From positions 43,006-107,005 of IMG/VR virus record IMGVR_UViG_3300025121_000027: a DNA stretch of 64,000 nt; one strand, written 5' to 3'. Below, piece by piece: positions 40,378-49,644 of the stretch. Numbering within the stretch: position 1 is the first letter of the stretch; each line of letters starts with the position of its first letter. The notes below the pieces were generated by a model. That model was not told the origin of the DNA. It did no database searches and worked only from the letters and a program-made list of their open reading frames with translations. Made by a program: the position numbers and the translations under genes. The DNA is from a virus.

Positions 40378-40650
40378 TTATCTTTTAGTTCCAGATGCTC
40401 CGTGGCTTTGCATCCAGCGAACCAAATGAAAGTGAAAGTTACGATGTACATCATTAACAGCAGCAGACCATACTTGCGGAGATATACTTCCGCGAAGTCT
40501 ACTATCATTAGCCATGCGTTCACTTTCATATCTTAGTATATCTAAAATTTCAGTGAACCGTTCTTCTTCGATTATAATCGCTCTCATTATTTCACCTTTC
40601 TTTATGACTCGTTCTTGTCGTTTGGTCTTGTAAGTAACTGCCGAAAGCAC
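40378..40650 (-). CDS. Hypothetical protein (true start probably MRAIIIEE)
   Basis: ORF track; AGGTG upstream of the internal ATG. Confidence 0.5.
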   Translation of the reverse strand: MLSAVTYKTKRQERVIKKGEIMRAIIIEEERFTEILDILRYESERMANDSRLRGSISPQVWSAAVNDVHRNFHFHLVRWMQSHGASGTKR

Positions 40651-40855
40651 ATAAAAAATCCCCTAATTTGCGCTATCCACATCCATGAAGGGTTGCCTCT
40701 GATTATGTGCTTTTTCGCAGATTTGGCGAATTGAATCATCCCCATTATGTTTATTTTAATATGACTATTCTTGATATTGTTGAACACCCAAAAGTACATA
40801 CATTCTCCCTATCATTATGTACCTTAATATTGTTTTTTCAATCATTCTATTGGTT

Positions 40856-41149
40856 TTAATCGCATTTAATTTTATCAAAATCTTCTATTGCGGATTTAAT
40901 TGCTTCTTCAAGATTCCTATTGCATTCAAATACTGCTATATTGTCCGAGCATCTACAACCTTTAATAGCCACAGACCATCTACAATTATCTCTATCTATA
41001 TCGTGCGAAACTGATATTCTATATGCTTTTTCATAGTTAAAAATCTTTAGTAATGATTCTGCCGATACTGGTTCGTCCGAATCGGCACAAGCCACACCAA
41101 TAAAACAAAACATCAACATAAACAATAAAGTACTTTTAATCTTTTTCAT
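40856..41149 (-). CDS. Small exported or lipoprotein-like protein
   Basis: MKKIKSTLLFMLMFCFIGVACA signal-like N-terminus. Confidence 0.55.
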   Translation of the reverse strand: MKKIKSTLLFMLMFCFIGVACADSDEPVSAESLLKIFNYEKAYRISVSHDIDRDNCRWSVAIKGCRCSDNIAVFECNRNLEEAIKSAIEDFDKIKCD

Positions 41150-41565
41150 GTTTTTTTATTTCCTTTCTTTCTCTTTAGAAAGTCTTGTTTCCAAAAGCAA
41201 TTCTCAAATATTCTAATTATTCTATGCCTTGCTGCTTCCATTTCTAATTCTGTTGTAAATCTACTGTTGGCAAGATACCATAAATCCCCGAATAGAATTT
41301 CAAGTACTTCATGAAAAGCAATCTTCTCTATCTCTGTTTCTTCTGGTGTCGCATTCCAATCCTTTTGTAATGTAATGCAGCAAGTTTTAGACTCCATATC
41401 GCTTGTTGCAAATGCTCTTGCATCTTCTTCTGTTTGGCAATGTTCTATGCATAATTCTATATCAAACATGCCAAATCTCTCTATCCAATATTCTGCTTCT
41501 TTCTTAAATCGCACAAAATCTTGTGCTGTTGTTTTGTAATTATTTTCATAGTTCTTTTCTATCAT
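41146..41565 (-). CDS. Zincin-like hypothetical protein
   Basis: IAFHEVLE (HExxE variant of HExxH). Confidence 0.45.
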   Translation of the reverse strand: MIEKNYENNYKTTAQDFVRFKKEAEYWIERFGMFDIELCIEHCQTEEDARAFATSDMESKTCCITLQKDWNATPEETEIEKIAFHEVLEILFGDLWYLANSRFTTELEMEAARHRIIRIFENCFWKQDFLKRKKGNKKT

Positions 41566-44258
41566 TCGGATATTCCTTTTATTGCTTTTGCTTTTGCTTT
41601 TGCTTCAATCGCTAAATCTTCTTTATCACAGACAAGAGCGGCAGAAGATAACTTTAGCCATACTTCATAATCGGCAGGATACTTTTTAAGATATTCTTTA
41701 TAGTGAACAATTGCTTCGCCGTGTTTTTTTAGATTGCAAAGTAAATCCGCAATTATAGGAAGAAACGAATCAAATTCTTCTGCACCATTCATTGCTTCTA
41801 AAATGGTATCAATTCCGTATATAATTTTAGATGTATCTTCTTTTGTTTCTCCGTCGCATACAAGTACTTGCCCAAGTTCAAATTTATATCTTTTCTTTTC
41901 TGGATATTCTTTAACGAGTTGATTGTAAATAGGAATTGATTTTTCATATTCCTTGATTTGGAAATGTACCGTAGCAAGCCCCCACCTTGCTACTTCGTTT
42001 GTTGGAGATTTATCAACTGCTTTTTCGAGCATCTCTTTTGCTTTTGTGAAGTCTTTTTCTTTTCTACCTATCTCTTGTGCGTCAAACATTAATTGGATAG
42101 ATTCAATTGTATCGCTATTATCTGGAAGTTCTTTTGCTTTTTTAATTGCTTCATTAAATAGGCGATATGCTTTTAATAAAACATCAGTCGCATTTTCATC
42201 TATAAGTTTAAATTTACTTGCTTCAAGCATAGGTCTTGCGAAATTACCAACAGCAAAGTATTGTTCCGCATCTTCTATATTTGGCTCTGGTTCTTTCTGT
42301 TTTGGAATAAGTAAAGATAAATCTCTTGCTTCGGATACTTTTGTTAATTGTTGTAGTGTCTCTTTATAGGATTGCTTCAATTGTTTACAGGCATCAAATG
42401 CCGCTTGCAATATAATTCTATTTCTTTCAATTCTAATTTTAGCATCTTCTAATGAAGTAAGAATATGATCTTGATTACCATCAACTTTCATTGCTGCATG
42501 GTTAATCTTTCTTGTTGCGCCATACAAAGCGAGAATAACAAGAGGCAATCTAACAGCTATATTATGTGCGTTATCACTATAGAGTTTATTGCTTGAAAGA
42601 AGTTTATTGAATTTGTCTGTTTGATCTTTCTTCAATTTTTTTAAAGTTAGTGCTTTCAGTTTTGAATTTGTATCAAGTGCTTTCTTTGCATTTACTTGAC
42701 ATTCGTTCAAAAGAGATATTTCTTTTTCAAGAAGAGGTATTGATTCATCTACAAGTTCTAATGCATTACTACAATTAGAAAGCAATGGTTTAAGTTTATC
42801 TCTTTTATCTTCAATTTTATCTTTACAATATGTTTCCAATGCTCTCTTCAAAGACATTCTTTTTGCGCCTTGAATATTAGCACCACCTTCAGTCGCATTG
42901 ATTACATGAGAATCCATTCCTTTAATGAATCGTTCAAACGAAGTAATGAAAGAAGCAAGGCCAACATTCGTTATAACTTCACCACCAAAATATCCAGCGA
43001 CAGGAATAGGTGGCCCCATAGAAATATCTTGTACTTTGTTCAAATGACAACGTGGGTCTTGCACTTCCCATTTAATATCGCCTTGCTCGCTTCGTTTTAA
43101 AATACCCCTGCTATCTGCTTGTTGGAAATGAGATTGCTCGGAATCATATGCTAAATCTTGGCCGATCATAATCAAAGGAGAACAACCCAAGAGAATACTT
43201 AGGCCGTAGCACATATGAGCAACTGAACCGCCTTGCAAAGTCCATCCTTTATCAGAAAGGATTTTGTGTATTCTATTCTTATGATCTGGATGCATATCTA
43301 TTTGCGGCGAGCAAGCGACAAACATAGGCCCTTGCCATCTTTTAAGTAATGGGGCAAAAGACCTATTCAAAGCAACAAGTGGAATATTGCTTTCCATCAA
43401 TCCTTCATAATGCGTTAGATTGACTTCGCCATAATCAACAGAGCAAATGAAATCTGGATTGATACCATAAGCAAGCAACGGCCTTAATGCTTGTCCTACT
43501 GCAATAATGATTGCATTTTCTTGAGCCTCGATTAACAGATGAAGATTTTTAGAAAGAGAAGGGCCAGTAGAAACAAGAATGGCGGGAAGTCCTTTGTACA
43601 GCCCTTCAAGTTCTCTAACGCCTCTTCTATGGATAACGTATGGCAAATTGCTTATATCGTTATCGGCAATTTGTTTCCCTGCATTAGCAACCGTTCCGAT
43701 ATTGCATCTTGTTTGATTCAGAATAGATAATGCTTCAAAAGAAATTTGCTGATATGCATGATTGTCTATTGTATAACCTTCAATACAAGTTGCCCAATCG
43801 TCAATAACGTACTTCTCATTAATCAACTCCAACATATAAGATAGATCATCGATAGTTGGAGCAATCATCAACTTTTCTTCTTTTATTGCTTTTGAAATAT
43901 CTATTCTTTGTAGAGCCGCTTTCAATAGTCCTGGTTCGGATTCTACTACAATAATAATATGTTTATCTTCTGCTTTGTTTAATGCTTCTTGCAGAAAATA
44001 ACCAAGGCCAATGCCGATAATCATTGTCGCATTGGAACTATTGAAAGAAAAATCTTTTAGTCTTGCATCCGCTTCTTTTTTCCATCCTTCAATTGGATAC
44101 AGAGATTTTCTTTTTGTTCCTTTAACAATTAGAAGATTGTCTGTATTGTCTTCACTCTTGATTAGTTCTACCCATTCTGGAAGATTTGCTTTTTCTATCT
44201 TTTCAATAAACTCTGGAATAAGATGGTGCTTTAATGCTTCGATATTTCTATTGAACAA
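41562..44258 (-). CDS. maf: Maf-family (DUF115/MAF_flag10) nonulosonate glycosyltransferase with C-terminal TPRs
   Basis: GIGLGY, AILVSTGPSLSKN, GINPDF..SVD, GGSVAH, LGC.P..MIGQDLAY, INATEGGA.I.G; TPR-like helices after about aa 720. Confidence 0.85.
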   Translation of the reverse strand: MFNRNIEALKHHLIPEFIEKIEKANLPEWVELIKSEDNTDNLLIVKGTKRKSLYPIEGWKKEADARLKDFSFNSSNATMIIGIGLGYFLQEALNKAEDKHIIIVVESEPGLLKAALQRIDISKAIKEEKLMIAPTIDDLSYMLELINEKYVIDDWATCIEGYTIDNHAYQQISFEALSILNQTRCNIGTVANAGKQIADNDISNLPYVIHRRGVRELEGLYKGLPAILVSTGPSLSKNLHLLIEAQENAIIIAVGQALRPLLAYGINPDFICSVDYGEVNLTHYEGLMESNIPLVALNRSFAPLLKRWQGPMFVACSPQIDMHPDHKNRIHKILSDKGWTLQGGSVAHMCYGLSILLGCSPLIMIGQDLAYDSEQSHFQQADSRGILKRSEQGDIKWEVQDPRCHLNKVQDISMGPPIPVAGYFGGEVITNVGLASFITSFERFIKGMDSHVINATEGGANIQGAKRMSLKRALETYCKDKIEDKRDKLKPLLSNCSNALELVDESIPLLEKEISLLNECQVNAKKALDTNSKLKALTLKKLKKDQTDKFNKLLSSNKLYSDNAHNIAVRLPLVILALYGATRKINHAAMKVDGNQDHILTSLEDAKIRIERNRIILQAAFDACKQLKQSYKETLQQLTKVSEARDLSLLIPKQKEPEPNIEDAEQYFAVGNFARPMLEASKFKLIDENATDVLLKAYRLFNEAIKKAKELPDNSDTIESIQLMFDAQEIGRKEKDFTKAKEMLEKAVDKSPTNEVARWGLATVHFQIKEYEKSIPIYNQLVKEYPEKKRYKFELGQVLVCDGETKEDTSKIIYGIDTILEAMNGAEEFDSFLPIIADLLCNLKKHGEAIVHYKEYLKKYPADYEVWLKLSSAALVCDKEDLAIEAKAKAKAIKGISE

Positions 44259-44368
44259 AATTTATTCTCCTTTTCATAAATCAGAATCCCTACTCAACAT
44301 GAGAACTATGAGAAGTGAGCATGTATCTTGTAGGGATTTTCAGCGGGTACCTCGCCTATCTGATATTG

Positions 44369-45031
44369 TTATTTCGATGCTGTATATTTTGCTGCAAAAT
44401 CTCTCATTTCAACATAAGATAATTCGCTATATTTCATTGCCGCTTCTCTAAATACTTCTGGAGTATAGAAAACAGGCGGCGGCATTGGAAATTCAGAATC
44501 GCTTACAACAACATTATATTTTTCATCAAGACGATAATAAACAATTCCCAATTCTTCATTTTCTTCATTGTTTTGTTTGTTTAACTTTACAACTTGAACA
44601 TGCCATGCAGCAATAGCATCTCCAACAGCAAGATAAATGGTATCGTCCAGCTTATTATTTCTTTCGAGAATAGAAAGAATAGATAATGCTTTGTCTACAC
44701 AAGCGCCATAAGCAACAATTTTTACTCCAGCTTTATTACTTTCTGCTGTCCATCCAGTAGCCCCATCCGGCATAGTAAAAGTTGCTGTTCCATCTGGCGC
44801 AATACTTACATTAGTATATTGATTTTCTGTTGCTCCTGAATAATTAGAATATGAATATTTTCTTACAAGTCTTTTTGCATTATAATAATTATAAATACCG
44901 GTTGTTATTAGCGTAGCAATTAAAGCTATAACCAAACACTTAATACTGTGTTTTAAATCACTACATTCTTCTTCTTTCTCTGCAAGATGTTTTCTCAATA
45001 TGACAAAAGACATAGGATTCATAATATTCAT
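44369..45031 (-). CDS. Membrane-anchored hypothetical protein
   Basis: One TM segment near the N-terminus. Confidence 0.55.
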   Translation of the reverse strand: MNIMNPMSFVILRKHLAEKEEECSDLKHSIKCLVIALIATLITTGIYNYYNAKRLVRKYSYSNYSGATENQYTNVSIAPDGTATFTMPDGATGWTAESNKAGVKIVAYGACVDKALSILSILERNNKLDDTIYLAVGDAIAAWHVQVVKLNKQNNEENEELGIVYYRLDEKYNVVVSDSEFPMPPPVFYTPEVFREAAMKYSELSYVEMRDFAAKYTASK

Positions 45032-45360
45032 CCTCTCGCTTGCCTGTTTTTATAGTTATTGATAAACTTCTTTTCTACCTCTGTAAGATCAGAAGGCATA
45101 TAGTAACCTTTATAAAAAGAAATATAATATGGATGATTGTGTTTTACAGAAGGATTGTCGTTTTTAAAAGAACTTCTTGTAAACAATGCTTGTCTTGCTC
45201 TTTCAAAAGCAATTTTCCTTCCTGTCAATTTGCAAGGATTATCTCCGTAAGAACAAACAGAAATACCCCTTGCATATTCATCGCCATCAATTAGAAAGCA
45301 TTCAGTAATCATCGGCTTGTTATCTTCTGTTCTCTCGTACAGATAATAATCTTTCATCAT
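45028..45360 (-). CDS. Hypothetical phage protein
   Basis: T.C....ARG.S.CS..DN..K..GR.IA..RA motif seen in small phage proteins. Confidence 0.6.
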   Translation of the reverse strand: MMKDYYLYERTEDNKPMITECFLIDGDEYARGISVCSYGDNPCKLTGRKIAFERARQALFTRSSFKNDNPSVKHNHPYYISFYKGYYMPSDLTEVEKKFINNYKNRQARG

Positions 45361-45387
45361 TGATTTTTCTCCTTTTAGTTTGTTGGA

Positions 45388-45756
45388 TTATCTGGCCATC
45401 CTTATAAGATCTTTCAACGCTTGGTATTCTGGATTAAATAAATCTGGAACTTCGGAAATAGTAGCAATGCCAGAAGCAATCAATCCAATTAATGAAGCAA
45501 TACAAAGAATGGAGAAAAAATAGACATATTTGTTCCCCTCATCCCAATCAAATAATTTGTATTTATCTCCAATAAACAAAAATGCGATTGTTATTAGTGT
45601 AAGAATAATAAAGAAACCAAATAAAATCAAAGCAGAATATGCTTCAACAATTTGTTGTTTAACCAACCATGGCCAAACTTGTTCTACAGTAACTCCGATT
45701 TTTTCGGCAATTTTATCAAGATAATTTGTAACAAGTTCTACATATTCTTTTTCCAT
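45388..45756 (-). CDS. Two-TM membrane protein
   Basis: LDKIAEKIGVT.E.VW..LVKQ...FNPEY.AL. Confidence 0.65.
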   Translation of the reverse strand: MEKEYVELVTNYLDKIAEKIGVTVEQVWPWLVKQQIVEAYSALILFGFFIILTLITIAFLFIGDKYKLFDWDEGNKYVYFFSILCIASLIGLIASGIATISEVPDLFNPEYQALKDLIRMAR

Positions 45757-45757
45757 G

Positions 45758-46120
45758 TCATTCTCTCCTTCTTCGTTTTGGTTTTTCTTCCGTTGTTTCC
45801 GTTGTTTCTTCTATGGCATCTTCTGTAACTTCTATCTTTTCATTATCATCTTTTGCTTTGAATGAAGGCAGGATTACATTGTTGTTTACCAAATATGAAT
45901 CTCTTTCGTATTGCGTTTCTTTGCAGAAAGATAAATATCTTTCACATTGATTTTTGCAAATAGTTTTAGATTGACAACATCCTAAATCAACCCACAATCC
46001 TCCTGTTAAATTCTTTTTATGTTGACATTCTTCTGGTGGGTTAAGAAGAAACCCTCCCCAGTTAGTTATTCTTTTAACAACTTTTCTTATTGGTTGTAAG
46101 CCGTCTCTTCGCTTTTTCAT
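45758..46120 (-). CDS. Cys-rich hypothetical protein
   Basis: ORF track; compact packing with neighbours. Confidence 0.5.
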   Translation of the reverse strand: MKKRRDGLQPIRKVVKRITNWGGFLLNPPEECQHKKNLTGGLWVDLGCCQSKTICKNQCERYLSFCKETQYERDSYLVNNNVILPSFKAKDDNEKIEVTEDAIEETTETTEEKPKRRRRE

Positions 46121-46336
46121 TTGTTACTCCCACATGTGCCGATAAAAACATACACTTGAGAAACTTGAATAGTTGATATAAAATCTTCTTTCTCTTTCGC
46201 TGAAATCATCCCATCTTTTTGTTTTGTTTAAACTATCCCAATTTTCTCTTCTGCTTAAATCACTCCAAAAACAATCTTTTTCAAAGGCTTCAGAGCCTAA
46301 ATACCAATGTTTGAATAAATGATTTATTCTCATTTG

Positions 46337-46624
46337 TTACCTCCACATATTCTTATATTTGATTTTATCTTCCCAATTTTCTATCAACTTCCATACGACA
46401 TGATTTTCTTTGTAATATTGTTTTTTTAATGGTGTTTTAAAATCTGCTTTCAGAAATTCAAATCCATAATAAGGATTGAAATGCCATCTATATACTTTGC
46501 CTTTATCTGCTGTTGCCCACCCTAAAAAATAGGCATGTGAACATTCTTCGCAGTAATTGCATGGATAAGAATTACAATGCAGACTTGAGCATATCGTTGG
46601 TGTTATCATATTCTTTCTTCCCAA
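46337..46624 (-). CDS. Cys-rich hypothetical protein
   Basis: ORF track. Confidence 0.5.
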   Translation of the reverse strand: MGRKNMITPTICSSLHCNSYPCNYCEECSHAYFLGWATADKGKVYRWHFNPYYGFEFLKADFKTPLKKQYYKENHVVWKLIENWEDKIKYKNMWR

Positions 46625-46853
46625 TCTTCTGTGTATTCATACTTTTCACAACTCCACATAGTAGTCCAAGACCAATGCTCGAAAAAGCAATGATAATGAT
46701 CTGGAAAGTCTCTCCACTTAGGATCAATACCGAGACAATCTGCTTTAACTTGCTGGAATAAACATTGTCTACATGCTGGCATTTGTCTATCCTCTTGCTT
46801 TACACTTAGGACATATCGGAGCGATGTTTAAAGTAAGATACTTTCATATATCA

Positions 46854-46882
46854 ATTATAATAAGAATAGAGCTAAAAATAAA
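46854..46882 (-). promoter_or_regulatory. Conserved sigma70-like phage promoter, copy 1
   Basis: Minus strand TTTATT-N17-TATAAT; same motif at 50181, 50506 and 62748. Confidence 0.75.
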
Positions 46883-46920
46883 GCCAAGGGCAAAGATACA
46901 TACTTGCCCTTGGCTTTATT
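46877..46920 (-). terminator. Intrinsic terminator closing the Ro-like operon
   Basis: 17-bp inverted repeat AATAAAGCCAAGGGCAA / TTGCCCTTGGCTTTATT followed by a T-run on the minus strand. Confidence 0.75.
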
Positions 46921-46979
46921 CTCTGCAACGTCAGAACAGCTTCTAATTGAGTTTAAACGCATATTCGGTTTCTTTTAAA

Positions 46980-47102
46980 ATACCGCATTGTTGGACTCGA
47001 ACCAACTCCTTTCTCATATGCTGTTCAAGCATGATCACCATTGGCCGTCGTGCTGTCTTACTGCATCATGTTGACTATTCTTCCCAGAACTAAATGCGGC
47101 AT
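46980..47102 (-). ncRNA. Enlarged tRNA-like RNA (~123 nt) with extended anticodon arm and no CCA
   Basis: 10-bp terminal stem AUGCCGCAUU/AAUGCGGUAU, UA linker, D-like arm GUUC/GAAU, long stem UCAACAUGAU/AUCAUG(C)UUGA, T arm GUUGG-UUCGAGU-CCAAC. Confidence 0.7.
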
Positions 47103-47107
47103 ATTTG

Positions 47108-47410
47108 TTACTTCAACCTTGCTTCTAGTTCCGCCACTTCTGCATCTACACTTTGCCGAATCTCTCTCCTGGACAATAGAGAAGCTTGCCGCGCTTTTGC
47201 CGCCTTCAACCTTCGGAGCAATTCATCTTTAGTGCGTCTGCTGATTTCAGAAACAATAGCAGAACTTTGAACCAAAACCCAATCAGGCGCATCGACTTTC
47301 AACTCTTCGTAGCCATCAGACAGTACTTTCAATTGTGCTTTGCCAAGAATCAATTCTTCCAAAGACAAGTTTTCCAAACAAGTAGTTTCGCTAATAATCA
47401 AGTTTCTCAT
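47108..47410 (-). CDS. Small alpha-helical coiled-coil protein, probable partner of the Ro-like protein
   Basis: LEEL...YEEL.V.APDWV...EISRR....L...LK....R...L.SR.E; same operon. Confidence 0.6.
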   Translation of the reverse strand: MRNLIISETTCLENLSLEELILGKAQLKVLSDGYEELKVDAPDWVLVQSSAIVSEISRRTKDELLRRLKAAKARQASLLSRREIRQSVDAEVAELEARLK

Positions 47411-47664
47411 TTTTGCTTTTCTCCTTTTTTGAGTTCTTTTATGGTAGATACCATTTTGCAGAAATCAAATAAGTATTTACGATCATTAAGAACTAAAACA
47501 ACATTAGTTTTCTTTTCTATTGAAAGAATCATACACTCTTCTTCACAAACATTTTGACTGCTTCCAGGAATCGCACTAACTACAATTTCTCTTATATGAA
47601 TTGTATTAAGTTTTCTTTCTTTTCTTTCTGCATACATTTTACCTTCCCTCCTTTTTAAATACAT
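47407..47664 (-). CDS. Hypothetical protein
   Basis: Overlaps both neighbours; GGAGG RBS before MYAERK. Confidence 0.55.
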   Translation of the reverse strand: MYLKRREGKMYAERKERKLNTIHIREIVVSAIPGSSQNVCEEECMILSIEKKTNVVLVLNDRKYLFDFCKMVSTIKELKKGEKQK

Positions 47665-49105
47665 CTTTAAGAGTCAACAAGGGAATCTGCATGATCTCAT
47701 CCACCAAACTATACTTACTTGTTCGCATGGTCTTAATCAAATTGGGAAGTGAATAATAATCTACATTATTCCCAAGCTCAAACTTTTGCAATTGAATATC
47801 TGCACTCTCGCAGTAAGAAGACATTCTATCATTTTCGCCAGGAACATGAAACATATAAACAGTTGGCTCAATACCAATATCTCTTCTATAATCATCATAA
47901 GCATTGTGAAAATAAGGAGAGCGATTATCACCGCCATCAGTACAGACAGCAATTCCGTTTACCACAATTCCTTTTTCTTTAATTAGCTCCAAGCCACAAC
48001 CAATAGAAGTGCTGCCAGTTGCAGTCAATCGTTTTGTATCATTCTTAATTTGCTCCAATGTCTTTCCTGTAACATCAAAATAAATCGGAGTATCATTAAA
48101 AAAAACAAGATGAACATTACCCTTAACTTGTCTTGCAATCAAAGCAGCAACATTTCTTGCAACTTCAATAGAAGTCTGCATAGAGCCAGAGCGATCCCCG
48201 AGCACAAGCCAATCACCATCAATACTACTATTGTCCAACTTATCTTCTTGCGCTTTGTGAAGTTTAGCGGAAAGCTTCTTATCTGTCTTTGCTACCGCTT
48301 CAGCAGCTTTCGTTATCTTCATCGAAGGTGTTTTCTTATCTTTCTGCATCCTTACTATACCATTATCATAAGCAGCTTTCAATGCAGGGTTTTCAAATAC
48401 TCCCATTTTTTGAAGCATGTTTGTATTTGTAATAAGTTCTGCTCCTGTCATGCGTTCAATCAGAGCAAGAATAACATCGGACTTTCCCTTAATACCACCA
48501 AGAGCACCAACAGCAATAAGATATGGTATCTTATGATTAAGAATTGCACCAGCGGCTTCTTGCGCTTTCATGTTTTTTAAATCTTTGACAACTTGAAAAA
48601 CACTATTCTTTGGATATTTCTTTTCAAATAGAATCTCTTGTGCTCGTTTATTTGGCTTGACATGATAGATAGCATAAAGACTTTTCATGGATTCTCTATG
48701 CTGCAATACAGTTCTATCCCACCAACCAATAGACTTTTCTCTTTCTCTGATAAACATTCTAACAGCTTGCTTTAACCAAGTACCGCCACCCTCTTGACAT
48801 AGCGGCAATTCTCTATGGTATCTACAAGCCCTCAAGAAGTCTTTAGGGGAAAGCTTGCAGAGATGAGCGGCGGCATTTTCATATAGTTCATCATCTTTGC
48901 TGCTGCGTAAAGATAGAATAGGAAAAGCCACTTTACTATCTCTTACTTCGCCCTTCAGTTCATTCCACGCAATGATATGTGCAAACAGTTCTGGCTCATG
49001 CTTTACTGCTTTCAAACCGATATCATTGTAAATAGAGAGATTGCCATGACCGACGCGCAGGAGTTGATTCACAATTTGATTTTGCGATGCTGCGATCTTT
49101 TCCAT
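47639..49105 (-). CDS. Divergent Ro60/TROVE-like helical domain plus vWA (MIDAS) protein
   Basis: Start refined to MEKIAAS (488 aa); ~290 aa helical N-domain then vWA with LGDRSGSM, TGSTS and CTDGGDN; flanked by tRNA-like RNAs as Ro60 loci are. Confidence 0.7.
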   Translation of the reverse strand: MEKIAASQNQIVNQLLRVGHGNLSIYNDIGLKAVKHEPELFAHIIAWNELKGEVRDSKVAFPILSLRSSKDDELYENAAAHLCKLSPKDFLRACRYHRELPLCQEGGGTWLKQAVRMFIREREKSIGWWDRTVLQHRESMKSLYAIYHVKPNKRAQEILFEKKYPKNSVFQVVKDLKNMKAQEAAGAILNHKIPYLIAVGALGGIKGKSDVILALIERMTGAELITNTNMLQKMGVFENPALKAAYDNGIVRMQKDKKTPSMKITKAAEAVAKTDKKLSAKLHKAQEDKLDNSSIDGDWLVLGDRSGSMQTSIEVARNVAALIARQVKGNVHLVFFNDTPIYFDVTGKTLEQIKNDTKRLTATGSTSIGCGLELIKEKGIVVNGIAVCTDGGDNRSPYFHNAYDDYRRDIGIEPTVYMFHVPGENDRMSSYCESADIQLQKFELGNNVDYYSLPNLIKTMRTSKYSLVDEIMQIPLLTLKDVFKKEGR

Positions 49106-49106
49106 T

Positions 49107-49217
49107 TTATTTTTCCTTTTGGTTGTTAGATTTTTTACAATAGAACAAATTATAGTGCTTTGTCGCTCTAACAGCAATTCTTAATCTTTTTGCTGCTTTT
49201 CTTTTATGTTTATTCAT
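49107..49217 (-). CDS. 36-aa basic peptide MNKHKRKAAKRLRIAVRATKHYNLFYCKKSNNQKEK
   Basis: Read manually; its stop is 1 nt before the ATG of the Ro-like gene. Confidence 0.4.
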   Translation of the reverse strand: MNKHKRKAAKRLRIAVRATKHYNLFYCKKSNNQKEK

Positions 49218-49239
49218 GATTTATTCTTTCCGTTTAAAG

Positions 49240-49317
49240 TGGCGCGCCTGGCAGGGCTCGAACCTGCGACCTAATGATTAGAAGTCATTTGCTCGTATCC
49301 AACTGAGCTACAGGCGC
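49240..49317 (-). tRNA. tRNA-Arg(UCU)
   Basis: GCGCCUG/CAGGCGC acceptor, D arm, AAUGA-CUUCUAA-UCAUU, GCAGG-UUCGAGC-CCUGC, encoded CCA. Confidence 0.95.
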
Positions 49318-49335
49318 ATAAATTTTTTCTAAAAA

Positions 49336-49378
49336 AATAGGCTTGAGAATCAGAATACTATTGTTTCTCAAGCCTATT
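49336..49378 (-). terminator. 14-bp hairpin followed by a U-tract
   Basis: AATAGGCTTGAGAA / TTCTCAAGCCTATT; A-run at 49331-49337 gives the U-tract on the minus strand. Confidence 0.55.
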
Positions 49379-49559
49379 AAAATTTGAGTGCGGATGCATT
49401 GTTCCTTCGATGTCCTTCGATAAAGGATTAGCACTCATATTCCTAAACTCATCAGCCGTTTTTAGCCATCCTCATATATTACTTTTGAGCATAATGATTT
49501 GCCTATGAGGACTGAAGGTATAAAACAAATCATATGTGACGTCTCAAAAGAAATCTAAC

Positions 49560-49634
49560 TGGTCGCCGAAGAAGGACTCGAACCTTGCATGAATGTTCCC
49601 AAAACACTCGTGTTACCACTACACTACTTCGGCG
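49560..49634 (-). tRNA. tRNA-Pro(UGG), apparently 8-bp acceptor / 4-bp T stem
   Basis: CGCCGAAG/CUUCGGCG, A73, CCA; AGUGU-UUUGGGA-ACAUU; AAGG-UUCGAGU-CCUU. Confidence 0.85.
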
Positions 49635-49644
49635 TAAAACTAAA

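Noticed and set aside
49106-49177. N-terminal 24 aa of the 512-aa ORF call
   Set aside because: A better start is the ATG at 49105 with AAGGA upstream; the extension overlaps a small ORF in another frame
49440-49475. Hammerhead ribozyme suggested by CUGAUGAG on the minus strand
   Set aside because: No stem II followed by GAAA and no compatible stems I and III found
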